Assembly: GCA_947474495.1 (NCBI GenBank)
Contig: CANJIM010000005.1
Location: 27-64,026 of the forward strand
From: Rhodospirillaceae bacterium
Lineage (GTDB): Bacteria; Pseudomonadota; Alphaproteobacteria; SMXQ01
Direction of reading: 5' to 3'
DNA: 64,000 bases
Shown here: positions 18,027 through 26,485 of the stretch, piece by piece
Numbering within the stretch: the stretch's first letter is position 1
Layout: the number at the start of each line of letters is the position of its first letter
Position numbers and translations under genes: made by a program
Notes under the pieces: generated by a model
Seen by the model: the letters and a program-made list of their open reading frames with translations, nothing else
Told to the model about the DNA's origin: nothing
The model's database searches: none

Positions 18027-19178
18027 TCAGGCCTTCTTCTTGGGGCAGGGGCTGAAATAGTCGCACATATCGCACTCAGCGCCATTCTCGTGCAGCGCCT
18101 CGAGGAAGGTTTGGTGGATCGACGGGGCTTCATCCTCGAATTCGACCTGATAGCCGCCTTCCTTGATGCTGGTGAAGCTGGCCTTCAAGTCGCCGGAGTT
18201 CTTCATTAGCGGCTTGTATTTCCAGTTGTTGCGGTGAATCGCGAGGTAGCGCACGCGCTCCGTGCCGCTATTAAAATGCTGGTGGAACCACTGGTCCGGC
18301 GGCACGACGATGGTGCCGGGCTTCCACTCGACACGCATCGGCGGCTGATCTTCTTTGCCCGGCTCCCACAGCAGCGAATAGCCCTTGCCGTTGAGGATGA
18401 TGAGATGCGCGCCCGGCCCGTGGCGGTGCGACTTTTTGTAGGAGCCGACGGGAAATTCCGAAACATGGGCGCCCATCGACTGACCGGCGAGGTTGAACTT
18501 CAGATTGGTGCTGTCCTTGCCGCGCGCGCTGTAGTCGTAGAGCTTGATCGAGCGCGCGTCGGGCACGAAGTTCGTCGTCATGAACAAGCGGCCCTGGATC
18601 TTGCCCTCGCCGGCGAAATAGTCGCCGCTGCCGTCGAAGCGGTCGGTGAAGACGTAGTCGTTGTTGAAGATGTAATCGACCGAGTGGAATAGGTTCATCA
18701 TGAAGCAGCAATTGGTCACGGCATAGAAGCGGGCGCCTTCGAGGCCGCTCGAATTGAAATGCTGATAGTTGGCGTTCATCGGAATGGCGAACAGGCTGCC
18801 CGGGCCCCATTCGAAGCTGTGCTTCTTGCCATCCTTCTGCCAAATCGTCGTCGCGCCATGGCCCTTGGTGACGTAGATCGTTTCCTCGTACATGTGTTTT
18901 TGCGGCTTGGTCTTGGCGCCCGGCGGAATCTCGCAGACGTAAGCGTCGTTCATGCCGCCGGTGCCTTCGAGGATGACGAAGGCGGCCGGCACGCCCTTCA
19001 GTTCCCAATGTTCGAGCGGCAGCTCGTCGATGTCGATGTAAAAGCCGCGATAGATCGGAATGCCTTGCGCGTTGAGCCAGACGTCGTAGGTGTCCTGCCG
19101 CTCGGGCAGGATCAACGGGTTCTTCTCGTTGTCATCGACGTCTTCGGGGGCGACAGTCTCAACTTGCAGGGTCGTCAT
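18027..19178 (-). CDS. Bicupin protein (gentisate-dioxygenase-like fold) with a C-terminal Cys motif
   Basis: ATG at 19178 (MTTLQVETVAPED). Two cupin modules (…PQKHMYEETIYVTKGHG… and …KKSHRHGPGAHLIILNGKG…PPDQWFHQHFN). C-terminal AECDMCDYFSPCPKKKA. Confidence 0.7.
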   Translation of the reverse strand: MTTLQVETVAPEDVDDNEKNPLILPERQDTYDVWLNAQGIPIYRGFYIDIDELPLEHWELKGVPAAFVILEGTGGMNDAYVCEIPPGAKTKPQKHMYEETIYVTKGHGATTIWQKDGKKHSFEWGPGSLFAIPMNANYQHFNSSGLEGARFYAVTNCCFMMNLFHSVDYIFNNDYVFTDRFDGSGDYFAGEGKIQGRLFMTTNFVPDARSIKLYDYSARGKDSTNLKFNLAGQSMGAHVSEFPVGSYKKSHRHGPGAHLIILNGKGYSLLWEPGKEDQPPMRVEWKPGTIVVPPDQWFHQHFNSGTERVRYLAIHRNNWKYKPLMKNSGDLKASFTSIKEGGYQVEFEDEAPSIHQTFLEALHENGAECDMCDYFSPCPKKKA

Positions 19179-19255
19179 GAGCAATTCCTCGAATGGGGTC
19201 TTACGCGGAGGCGGAGCGGGGCGTCCCCGCCAGGACGCCCCAAACAATACTTAAC

Positions 19256-20332
19256 TTAGTTCGGTTCGCCACGGTCGGGCATCACGGCTTTCACCTTGTC
19301 CTTGAGGGACTGCGGCGAGCTCATCACCTTGTCGACCATGGCTTGCAGGGTCACGCCGTCGATCGGCTTGATCTCCGCGCCGGCTTTCTCGGCGGCGGCC
19401 AGGAACACCGGGTCTTTGATGGTATCGAGGAACGCCTTGCGTAGCGCAGCAAGGCGCTCTGGCGGCACGCCCGGCGTCGTGCCGATCGGGCGGCCGACGG
19501 CCATCGCCGTGGAAATCCAGGTCAGGATATCCTTGCTGTCCTGATCGGTCGCCAGTTCGCTGAGCAGCGGCACGTCGGGCAGGTCCTTTTCGCGGGCGAT
19601 GCCGACCTGGGTGAGAATATAAAGCTGCTTGTTCTTCACCAGTTCGGGCGACGCGGCGGCGAGCGCGGCCCACGGGTTGGCGGCGTAGCCTTCGACTTCG
19701 CCGCGCTCCATGGCGAGCTTCACGTCGGCACCGCTCTTGTAGCCCTGGATCAGCTTGAACTTGGTGCCGAGCAACGTGTTGTAGATCACCGGCAGCCAAG
19801 TGGTGGCGCTGCCGGCGCCCGTCGCGCCGATCGTGGTCTCGCGTTTCTTGGCGTCGTCCATCGTCTTGGTCGGCGAGGTGTAATAGGTGTAGCTCAGGAT
19901 GTTCGAGTCGCCGAGATTGCCGACCCAGCCGAAGGTGCGCAAGTCGGCCTTGAAGCTCGGCGTCAGGCCGAGCGCCTGGTCCATCGCCAAAGCCTGGCTG
20001 ATCATCGTCAGCTGCGTGCCGTCCTTCGGCGCGATCTCACCCATGTAGTTGGCGGCGATGATGCCGCCGGCGCCGGGCATGTTCTGCGGCACGATGGTCG
20101 GCTGGCCGGGGATGTGGCGCGCGATGTGCGAGGCGATCAGGCGCGAGTAGAGATCGTAGCCGCCGCCGCCAGCCGAGCGGATGACAAAACGCATCTGCTT
20201 GCCCTTGTAGAAATCCTCGACGGACTGTTGAGCCTTGGCCGGCGCCGCAGCGCCGAGCGCGAGCGCCGCGGCGGCAATGGCGAGCAGGCCACCGGTCTTT
20301 TTTTGATTGCTGTTATGGGTGGTCGCGGTCAT
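19256..20332 (-). CDS. Bug-family periplasmic binding protein 3
   Basis: ATG with GGAGA upstream. Mature N-terminus AQQSVEDFYKGKQMRFVIRSAGGGGYDLYSRL and C-terminus KDKVKAVMPDRGEPN mark it as a close paralogue of Bug 2. Confidence 0.85.
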   Translation of the reverse strand: MTATTHNSNQKKTGGLLAIAAAALALGAAAPAKAQQSVEDFYKGKQMRFVIRSAGGGGYDLYSRLIASHIARHIPGQPTIVPQNMPGAGGIIAANYMGEIAPKDGTQLTMISQALAMDQALGLTPSFKADLRTFGWVGNLGDSNILSYTYYTSPTKTMDDAKKRETTIGATGAGSATTWLPVIYNTLLGTKFKLIQGYKSGADVKLAMERGEVEGYAANPWAALAAASPELVKNKQLYILTQVGIAREKDLPDVPLLSELATDQDSKDILTWISTAMAVGRPIGTTPGVPPERLAALRKAFLDTIKDPVFLAAAEKAGAEIKPIDGVTLQAMVDKVMSSPQSLKDKVKAVMPDRGEPN

Positions 20333-20402
20333 CAGGCGTCTCCAGTTGTTCGGCTGCCGGCGCCCCTGCGCTGGCTGGCCGTCGTTTGAAATCGGTCGAT
20401 TG

Positions 20403-21470
20403 TCAGGTCCTGTCCGGCATGACGGAGCGGACCTTGTCTTTGATCGCTTGCGGCGCGCCCAAGAGATCGTCGATCAGATGGGCAAGTTGGTCGCCGGTCA
20501 TCGGCTTGAGATCGGTACCGTTCTTTTGCGCGGCGGCGATGAAGGCGGGATCGACCATCGTCTCGTCGAACGCCTTGCGCAGCGCCGCAAGGCGGTCGGC
20601 GGGAATGCCGGGGCCGGCGCCGATCGGCTGGCCGACCGCGAAGCCCTTGCTGATGAAGCCGAGAATCGCCGCGGATTCGGCGTCGCGGGCGAAGTCGGTC
20701 AGCAGAGGAATTTGCGGCAGATCCTTCTCCTTCTCGAGGCCGATCTGCACGATGATGTTGATAAGGTTCTTGTGGACCAGTTCCGGCGAGGCGCCGATCA
20801 GCGAGCTCCAGGCGCTCGTGCCATAGCCTTCGACCTCGCCGCGTTCCATGGCGAGCCGCACATCGTTGCCGCTTTTGTAGCCGTTGATGACCTTGAACTG
20901 GGTACCGATCACCTTATTGAAGACTTGGGGCACCCAGGTGGTCGAACTGCCGGCGCCGGTGCCGCCCATCAGGGTCTCGCGTTTCTTGGCGTCTTCCATC
21001 GTCTTGGTCGGCGAGGTGTGCCAGATATAGGACAGCAGGTTCGACGCCCCCATGTTGCCGATCCAGCTGAAGCTGCGCAGGTCGGCCTTAAGGGAGGGCG
21101 TATAGCCGAGCGATTGATCCATCGGCAAAGCCTGGCCGAGCAGCGTCAGCACCGTGCCGTCGCGCGGCGCGATCTCAGCGACGTAATTGACCGAGGTGAT
21201 GCCGCCGGCGCCGGGCATGTTCTGCGGGATGATCGTCGGATTGCCGGGAATATGGCGGACGATATGGCTGGCGATCAATCGCGAGGCGAGATCATAGCCG
21301 CCGCCGGCTTCCGAGCGAATGATGAAGCGCAGTTGCTTGCCCTTATAGAAATCGGCGATCGCCTGCTGCGCCGCCGCCGGCTTGGCCGGCAAGGCCAATG
21401 CCGCCAGCGCGAGCGGCATGGCGATCAGGCAACGCGCCGCGGTACGGATGACGAGTGCTTGAGCGATCAC
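20403..21470 (-). CDS. Bug-family periplasmic binding protein 4
   Basis: GTG at 21470 is preferred (GGGGAGA 6 nt upstream; it begins VIAQ, parallel to Bug 2 MIAH). The tracked ORF starts at TTG 21488. AQQAIADFYKGKQLRFIIRSEAGGGYDL. Confidence 0.8.
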   Translation of the reverse strand: MIAQALVIRTAARCLIAMPLALAALALPAKPAAAQQAIADFYKGKQLRFIIRSEAGGGYDLASRLIASHIVRHIPGNPTIIPQNMPGAGGITSVNYVAEIAPRDGTVLTLLGQALPMDQSLGYTPSLKADLRSFSWIGNMGASNLLSYIWHTSPTKTMEDAKKRETLMGGTGAGSSTTWVPQVFNKVIGTQFKVINGYKSGNDVRLAMERGEVEGYGTSAWSSLIGASPELVHKNLINIIVQIGLEKEKDLPQIPLLTDFARDAESAAILGFISKGFAVGQPIGAGPGIPADRLAALRKAFDETMVDPAFIAAAQKNGTDLKPMTGDQLAHLIDDLLGAPQAIKDKVRSVMPDRT

Positions 21471-21779
21471 GTGACGTCTCCCCTGCAAAACAGCCCAGCG
21501 GCGCCGTGCTTGCGCCGCTGCCGATGAACGCGTTGTGACTAATCCCTAGCCTGCACTGTGAACCAATTTGGGACTTTTTCAAATTACGCAGGGGCCGGGC
21601 CAAGAAAAGTTCGCGATCAGAGGATGCCTGTGCCGCGTCATGAAACGTCGCCTATGAGATTCGGCATAGGCTTGTAAAACTCCCCTGATTCTTCGCGCAA
21701 AACATTCGCTATCGAAGCGGTCGGGCACGATCGGCTAAACTGCGCCAGACGGGTTCTATGGTCTGACGGCAGGGATGTA

Positions 21780-22181
21780 ATGCTTCATTTGCAAAAGCTC
21801 GTGCATTTCACCATTCCGGTAACGGACCTGGATCGGGCCGAAGCCTTCTATACGGGTCTCCTTGGGCTAACGCGGGTGCGGCGCAGCCCGCATATGTGCT
21901 TCTTGCGCTGTGGTGACGATCTTTTCGTCCTGACCCGTTCAGAAAAGCCCATCGACCCCAATCCGCCCGATCGCCATGAGATCCATACGGCCTTCCTGGC
22001 ACAGGGCGCGGCCTATGACGCGGCGTTGCAGACCCTGGCCGCGCACGGCGTGCGCGTCTTTCTCGAGGAGAATCGCGAGCGCGGCACCTTCCAAGGACGC
22101 AGTGCCTATTTCCACGATCCGGACGGCAATGTGCTCGAGCTCATCGACCTAACGAACGACCCGCTCGCCGAGATGGCATAA
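21780..22181 (+). CDS. VOC/glyoxalase-family protein
   Basis: LVHFTIPVTDLDRAEAFYTGLLGL ... HTAF ... YFHDPDGNVLELI. This is a typical VOC fold. 133 aa. Confidence 0.75.
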   Translation: MLHLQKLVHFTIPVTDLDRAEAFYTGLLGLTRVRRSPHMCFLRCGDDLFVLTRSEKPIDPNPPDRHEIHTAFLAQGAAYDAALQTLAAHGVRVFLEENRERGTFQGRSAYFHDPDGNVLELIDLTNDPLAEMA

Positions 22182-22184
22182 CAG

Positions 22185-23213
22185 CTATTCGGCGAAGAAG
22201 GCCTTGGCGCGTTCGCGCACGTCCGGCGGCGCGGTCAACGTCGCGTCGACCACGGCGGTCATCTCCTGCCAGCTCACCGGGCTGAGATCGACCTTCATGG
22301 CCTCGGTCTCCTTCAAGAATTCCGGATCTGTCAGCACGGCTTGGAAGGCGTCGCGCAGGGCTTTGAGGCGGTCGGCCGGCACGCCCGGCGTCGCGGTGAA
22401 GGGATAGCCGAGCTTCAAGCCAGCCAGCACGATGCCGACGACCTGGCGGTTCGCCGGATCGGCGATCAGTTCTTCCAGGCTCGGCACGCCGTTGAGGTCC
22501 GGCGGCTTTATGCCGCCATAGACGAGGACGTAAGCATCCTTGTTGGCGAGCCATTGCGGCTTGCTCGCCTTGACGCCGGACCAAGTGTGCGCACGGCCGA
22601 ACACCTCGCCGCGCTCCATGGCGAGGTCGAGCTGCGGCGAGCCCGGATAGCCTTCAATCACCTTGAATTTGGTGCCGAGAAATTCGTTGATCATGCGCGG
22701 GTAGCTCGAACCGATGCCGCCGGTGCCGACGCCGCCAACGATGATCTCCTGCTTCTTGGCGTCTTCGATGGAGGTCACGCCGGTGGTTTTCCACAGCAAC
22801 AGGATCTCCACGGTGTTGGAGATCGAGCCGATCCAGCCGAACTTGCTGGCGTCGTACTGCACGCCGTCGAGACCGACGGCCTGGCGACTGGGCAGCGTGT
22901 TCGACAAGAGGCCGATGTAGGTGCCGTCCTGCGGCGCCGCGCGATAGAGGTAATTGGCCATCACCAAGCCGGCGGCGCCGATCATGTTCTGCGGTACTAC
23001 GGTCGGCTTGCCGGGAATATGCTTGCCGAGATGGCGCGCCACCAAGCGCATCTGCAAATCGTTGCCGCCGCCGGCGCTGAGGCCGACGAGGGAATGCAGC
23101 GTCTTGCCCTTGTAGAACTGCTCGACCGACTGTGCTTGCGCGCTCGCGCAGAGGAACGACGCGGCGAGGCCGCCCAACAGGCTGCGGCGGATCAAATGAG
23201 CGACGGTCTTCAC
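22185..23213 (-). CDS. Bug-family periplasmic binding protein 5
   Basis: GTG start. Signal peptide ...FLCASAQAQ, then SVEQFYKGKTLHSLVGLSAGGGNDLQMRL...PQNMIGAAG. Confidence 0.8.
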   Translation of the reverse strand: MKTVAHLIRRSLLGGLAASFLCASAQAQSVEQFYKGKTLHSLVGLSAGGGNDLQMRLVARHLGKHIPGKPTVVPQNMIGAAGLVMANYLYRAAPQDGTYIGLLSNTLPSRQAVGLDGVQYDASKFGWIGSISNTVEILLLWKTTGVTSIEDAKKQEIIVGGVGTGGIGSSYPRMINEFLGTKFKVIEGYPGSPQLDLAMERGEVFGRAHTWSGVKASKPQWLANKDAYVLVYGGIKPPDLNGVPSLEELIADPANRQVVGIVLAGLKLGYPFTATPGVPADRLKALRDAFQAVLTDPEFLKETEAMKVDLSPVSWQEMTAVVDATLTAPPDVRERAKAFFAE

Positions 23214-23460
23214 GGGATGGTCCCCCTGCAGGTGAGCTGGATAAGTGAAACTATAGTTCCACCCGGCGGAATAATCCCTAAGCTACTGAACGATTGTGGA
23301 CTATGCGGCATCGGTGGATAATGCAAAAAATGTGCAGGCCGAGCGGCGAAATACTCATAGCCTGCGCCAGCGGCTCCTTTGCTATGCTGACGCAGCTTCT
23401 CAAAGTGCCGCCCCAGGCGCTTTGCCCGCGCATCGCTGAACGTCATCCCCGGAGGACGCC

Positions 23461-23931
23461 ATGTCGCAAGTCGTAGCCACGCATGATCTCGAGGCCAAGC
23501 ATCTCGCCGCCGAGGAGAAAAACCACGCCTATGCCTACGCCAAGCCGGACGGCCTTGCGACGGGCAAGGGCTTCGTCAATCTTGGCCGGAGCGACATCGT
23601 CAAGGGCATGGTTCAGATCGTCAAGAAGGATGGTGGCGAGAACAACCTGCACTATCACTCGCGCATGGACACGTTCTGGATGGTGCTGAAGGGACGGGTG
23701 CGTTTTTATGGTCCGGATGACGTCGTACTCGGCGAATTCGGCCCGCACGAAGGCACGATCACGCCGCGATTCTCGCGCTACTGGTTTGAAAACATTGGCG
23801 ATGGCGAGCTCGAACTACTGCAGGTCGCGGCCTATACAGAACCAGGCAAGGACGGTGGGCGCACCGATGCAAGCCCACAGAAATACGATATCGGCACGGC
23901 GCAGCGCTTCGACGCCGTGAAGAAAGCCTAG
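23461..23931 (+). CDS. Small monocupin protein
   Basis: GGAGGA RBS. Cupin motif NLHYHSRMDTFWMVLKGRVRFYG. 156 aa. Confidence 0.7.
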   Translation: MSQVVATHDLEAKHLAAEEKNHAYAYAKPDGLATGKGFVNLGRSDIVKGMVQIVKKDGGENNLHYHSRMDTFWMVLKGRVRFYGPDDVVLGEFGPHEGTITPRFSRYWFENIGDGELELLQVAAYTEPGKDGGRTDASPQKYDIGTAQRFDAVKKA

Positions 23932-23986
23932 GGTTTTACGTTTTACCGGCGCCGCGACGCGGCCGCCGTCAGCGAGGAGAATGCGC

Positions 23987-25057
23987 ATGGCCACCCAGAT
24001 CGACGAGAAGAAGCTCAATGTCGGCAAAATGGTCGAAACGACCGACGACGCCGAATTGATCAAGCTGATGGATTATCCCGACTCGACGGAGGAGGTCCCC
24101 CTCATCGACATCGGCGATTATCGCGCCGGCAAGCCGGGCGCGGCCGACAAGGTCGCCGCCGATCTGCGTCACGCGACAGAAACGGTCGGATTCTTCTACT
24201 TGAAGAATCATGGCATCCCGCAAGAGATGATCGACCGCATGTTCGCCCAGGCGCAGCGCTTTTTCGACTTGCCGCTCGCCGAGAAGATGAAGGTGCCGCG
24301 CGTCGACAACACCGGTTACGTGCAGATCAAGGAACCGCCCCATTCGGCCAACAGCTCGATCATCAAGAACGTCAAGCCGGCGCTGAATGAATCCTTCATC
24401 ATCAACCGCGAGCGCACGCCGGACGATCCGGCGGTGATCGCCAAGAAGCCGTTTTGCGGCATGAACAATTGGCCGGAAAACCTGCCGGGCTTCCGCGAAA
24501 CGCTGCTTGAGTACCATGCCGCCATCGAGAAGCTCGGCAAGTCGATGCTGCCGCTGTGGGCGCGCTCGGTCGGCATGCCGGATAATTTCTTCGACGGTCT
24601 GTTCAATGAGCCGCATTGTAATTTGCGCCTCGCGCACTATCCGCCGCAGACGGAAGTCGGCAATGGCCAGTACGGCATCCCGCCGCATACCGACAACTGC
24701 CTGACGACGTTCCTCGCCCAGGCCAATGTGCCCGGCCTTGCCGTGCAGATGCCGTCGGGCCATTGGAAGGTCGCCGAAATCGTCCCCGGCACGCTGCTGG
24801 TCAATACCGGCAACCTGATGGTCCGCTGGACCAACGGCCGCTACAAATCGACCAAGCATCGCGTGATCAATCTGTCGGGTCTCGAGCGCTATTCGATCCC
24901 GGTCTTCTTCGGCCCCGACTTCGACGCCATGATCGACGTGATGGACAGCTGTATCACGCCGGACAATCCCAAGCAGTTCGAGCCGATGACCTATATGGAC
25001 CTGCGCCTGTGGTACTACGGCTATCACAAGGGCAAGGGCGAAGCCTACAACGCCTAA
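23987..25057 (+). CDS. 2-oxoglutarate/Fe(II)-dependent oxygenase (isopenicillin-N-synthase-like family) 1
   Basis: GAGGAGA lies 6 nt before the ATG at 23987 (the tracked ORF starts at 23981). H-x-D in GIPPHTDNC, distal His in STKHRVIN, and R-x-S in ERYSIPVFF. Confidence 0.85.
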   Translation: MATQIDEKKLNVGKMVETTDDAELIKLMDYPDSTEEVPLIDIGDYRAGKPGAADKVAADLRHATETVGFFYLKNHGIPQEMIDRMFAQAQRFFDLPLAEKMKVPRVDNTGYVQIKEPPHSANSSIIKNVKPALNESFIINRERTPDDPAVIAKKPFCGMNNWPENLPGFRETLLEYHAAIEKLGKSMLPLWARSVGMPDNFFDGLFNEPHCNLRLAHYPPQTEVGNGQYGIPPHTDNCLTTFLAQANVPGLAVQMPSGHWKVAEIVPGTLLVNTGNLMVRWTNGRYKSTKHRVINLSGLERYSIPVFFGPDFDAMIDVMDSCITPDNPKQFEPMTYMDLRLWYYGYHKGKGEAYNA

Positions 25058-25067
25058 TCTATCAGCA

Positions 25068-25100
25068 GCGCCGGATCGGCTCGCCGATCCGGCGTTTTTG
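25068..25100 (+). terminator. Rho-independent terminator
   Basis: GCGCCGGATCGG-ctcg-CCGATCCGGCG followed by TTTTT. Confidence 0.75.
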
Positions 25101-25132
25101 TATCTGCGATATGTGAGATATCAGGGGGCGAT

Positions 25133-26404
25133 ATGCCTAAGACGACCGTGAAGCGTGCGATCTATGCGGCAATCGGCTTGGCGCTATGCGGCGCCGCGGC
25201 CGAGGCCCAGACGCCCGAGCAGTTCTACAAGGGCCGCCAAGTCGACATGTTCATCGGCTCGGAGCCGTCCGGCGGCTACGACGCCTATGCCCGCATCGTC
25301 GGTCAGTTCTACGCCCGCCATATTCCCGGCAATCCGACGATGGTCTATCGCAACATGCCGGGCGCCAGCGGTCTTGTCATGGCGGCCTCGCTCTACAACA
25401 AGGCGCCGCGCGACGGCTCGGCTGTCGCCATCCTGCATAACACCATCGTCATCGAGCCTTTGATGGGCCGCAAGGTCGCGTTCGAGCCGGAGAAGTTTTC
25501 CTGGATCGGCAGCGCCAACCAGCTCACCAGCATCTGCATCGTGTCGGACAAATCGCCGGTGCAGACCATGAAGGAAGCGCAGCAGAAGCAGGTGCTGATC
25601 GGCGCCTCCGGTTCGACCAGCTCCAGCACCTACATGGTCGGCGCCTTCCTCAACACGCTGGCCGACGCCAAATTCAAGATCATCCGCGGCTACCCCTCGG
25701 TGCCGTCCGTCATGCTCGCCATGGAGCGCGGCGAGGTCGACGGGCTGTGCGGGATCGGCTGGGACACGGTGCTGACGACGGCGCAGCAGAAGCTCGACGA
25801 CAAGTCGATCCGCGTGCTGGTACAGGTCAACGTCGAGCCGATCGACGATCTCAAGGGCGTCGCCGCCGCCGTCGATCTTGCCAAGTCGCCGGCCGACCGC
25901 GAGGTGATGGATTTCCTGATCTCGCGCCAGTATATCGGCCGTCCGTTCGGCGCCCCGCCGGACATTCCGAAGGACCGCCTGGCGGCGCTGCGCAAAGCCT
26001 TCGACGACACGATGACAGACCCGGCCTTCGTCGCCGAAGCCAAGCGCCTGCAGTTGGAAGCCAACTGGATTCCGGGCGACAAGGTGCAGGCCCATGTCGC
26101 CAAAATGATCGCCACGCCGCAGGCGATTCAAGACCGCGCCAACGAGGCGAGCCTGCTGAAAGACGGCGTCGTGCAGGCCACCCTGAAATGGATCACGGTC
26201 AAGGACACCAAACTCACGGCCGACGCGAAGGGCGGCAGCGTCGCTTTCACCGACGGCGGCAAAGCGGTGAGCGCCGCGCTCGAAGGCGCCAAGATCACGC
26301 TGGCCGGTGAAGAGGCCAAGACGAGCGATCTCAAGGCGGGCCTCACGTGCGACGTGGTCTATCTCGGCAACAAGGATGCCGCCCAGTCAGTGACCTGCCG
26401 CTAA
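25133..26404 (+). CDS. Bug-family periplasmic binding protein 6, with a C-terminal extension of about 95 aa
   Basis: Signal peptide, then AQTPEQFYKGRQVDMFIGSEPSGGYDAYARI...NMPGASG. The Bug core ends near aa 330. The extra sequence is LLKDGVVQATLKWITVKDTKLTADAKGG...LTCDVVYLGNKDAAQSVTCR. Confidence 0.8.
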   Translation: MPKTTVKRAIYAAIGLALCGAAAEAQTPEQFYKGRQVDMFIGSEPSGGYDAYARIVGQFYARHIPGNPTMVYRNMPGASGLVMAASLYNKAPRDGSAVAILHNTIVIEPLMGRKVAFEPEKFSWIGSANQLTSICIVSDKSPVQTMKEAQQKQVLIGASGSTSSSTYMVGAFLNTLADAKFKIIRGYPSVPSVMLAMERGEVDGLCGIGWDTVLTTAQQKLDDKSIRVLVQVNVEPIDDLKGVAAAVDLAKSPADREVMDFLISRQYIGRPFGAPPDIPKDRLAALRKAFDDTMTDPAFVAEAKRLQLEANWIPGDKVQAHVAKMIATPQAIQDRANEASLLKDGVVQATLKWITVKDTKLTADAKGGSVAFTDGGKAVSAALEGAKITLAGEEAKTSDLKAGLTCDVVYLGNKDAAQSVTCR

Positions 26405-26421
26405 TCGACCCTTGCGGATAT

Positions 26422-26468
26422 GAAAAGGCCCGAGCCCGTTTAAATATTTGGGGTTCGGGCCTTTTTTA
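26422..26468. terminator. Bidirectional rho-independent terminator between convergent genes
   Basis: GAAAAGGCCCGAGCCC-gtttaaatattt-GGGGTTCGGGCCTTTTTT (one G-U pair). Confidence 0.7.
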
Positions 26469-26485
26469 TTTGAACGCGACGGCGA

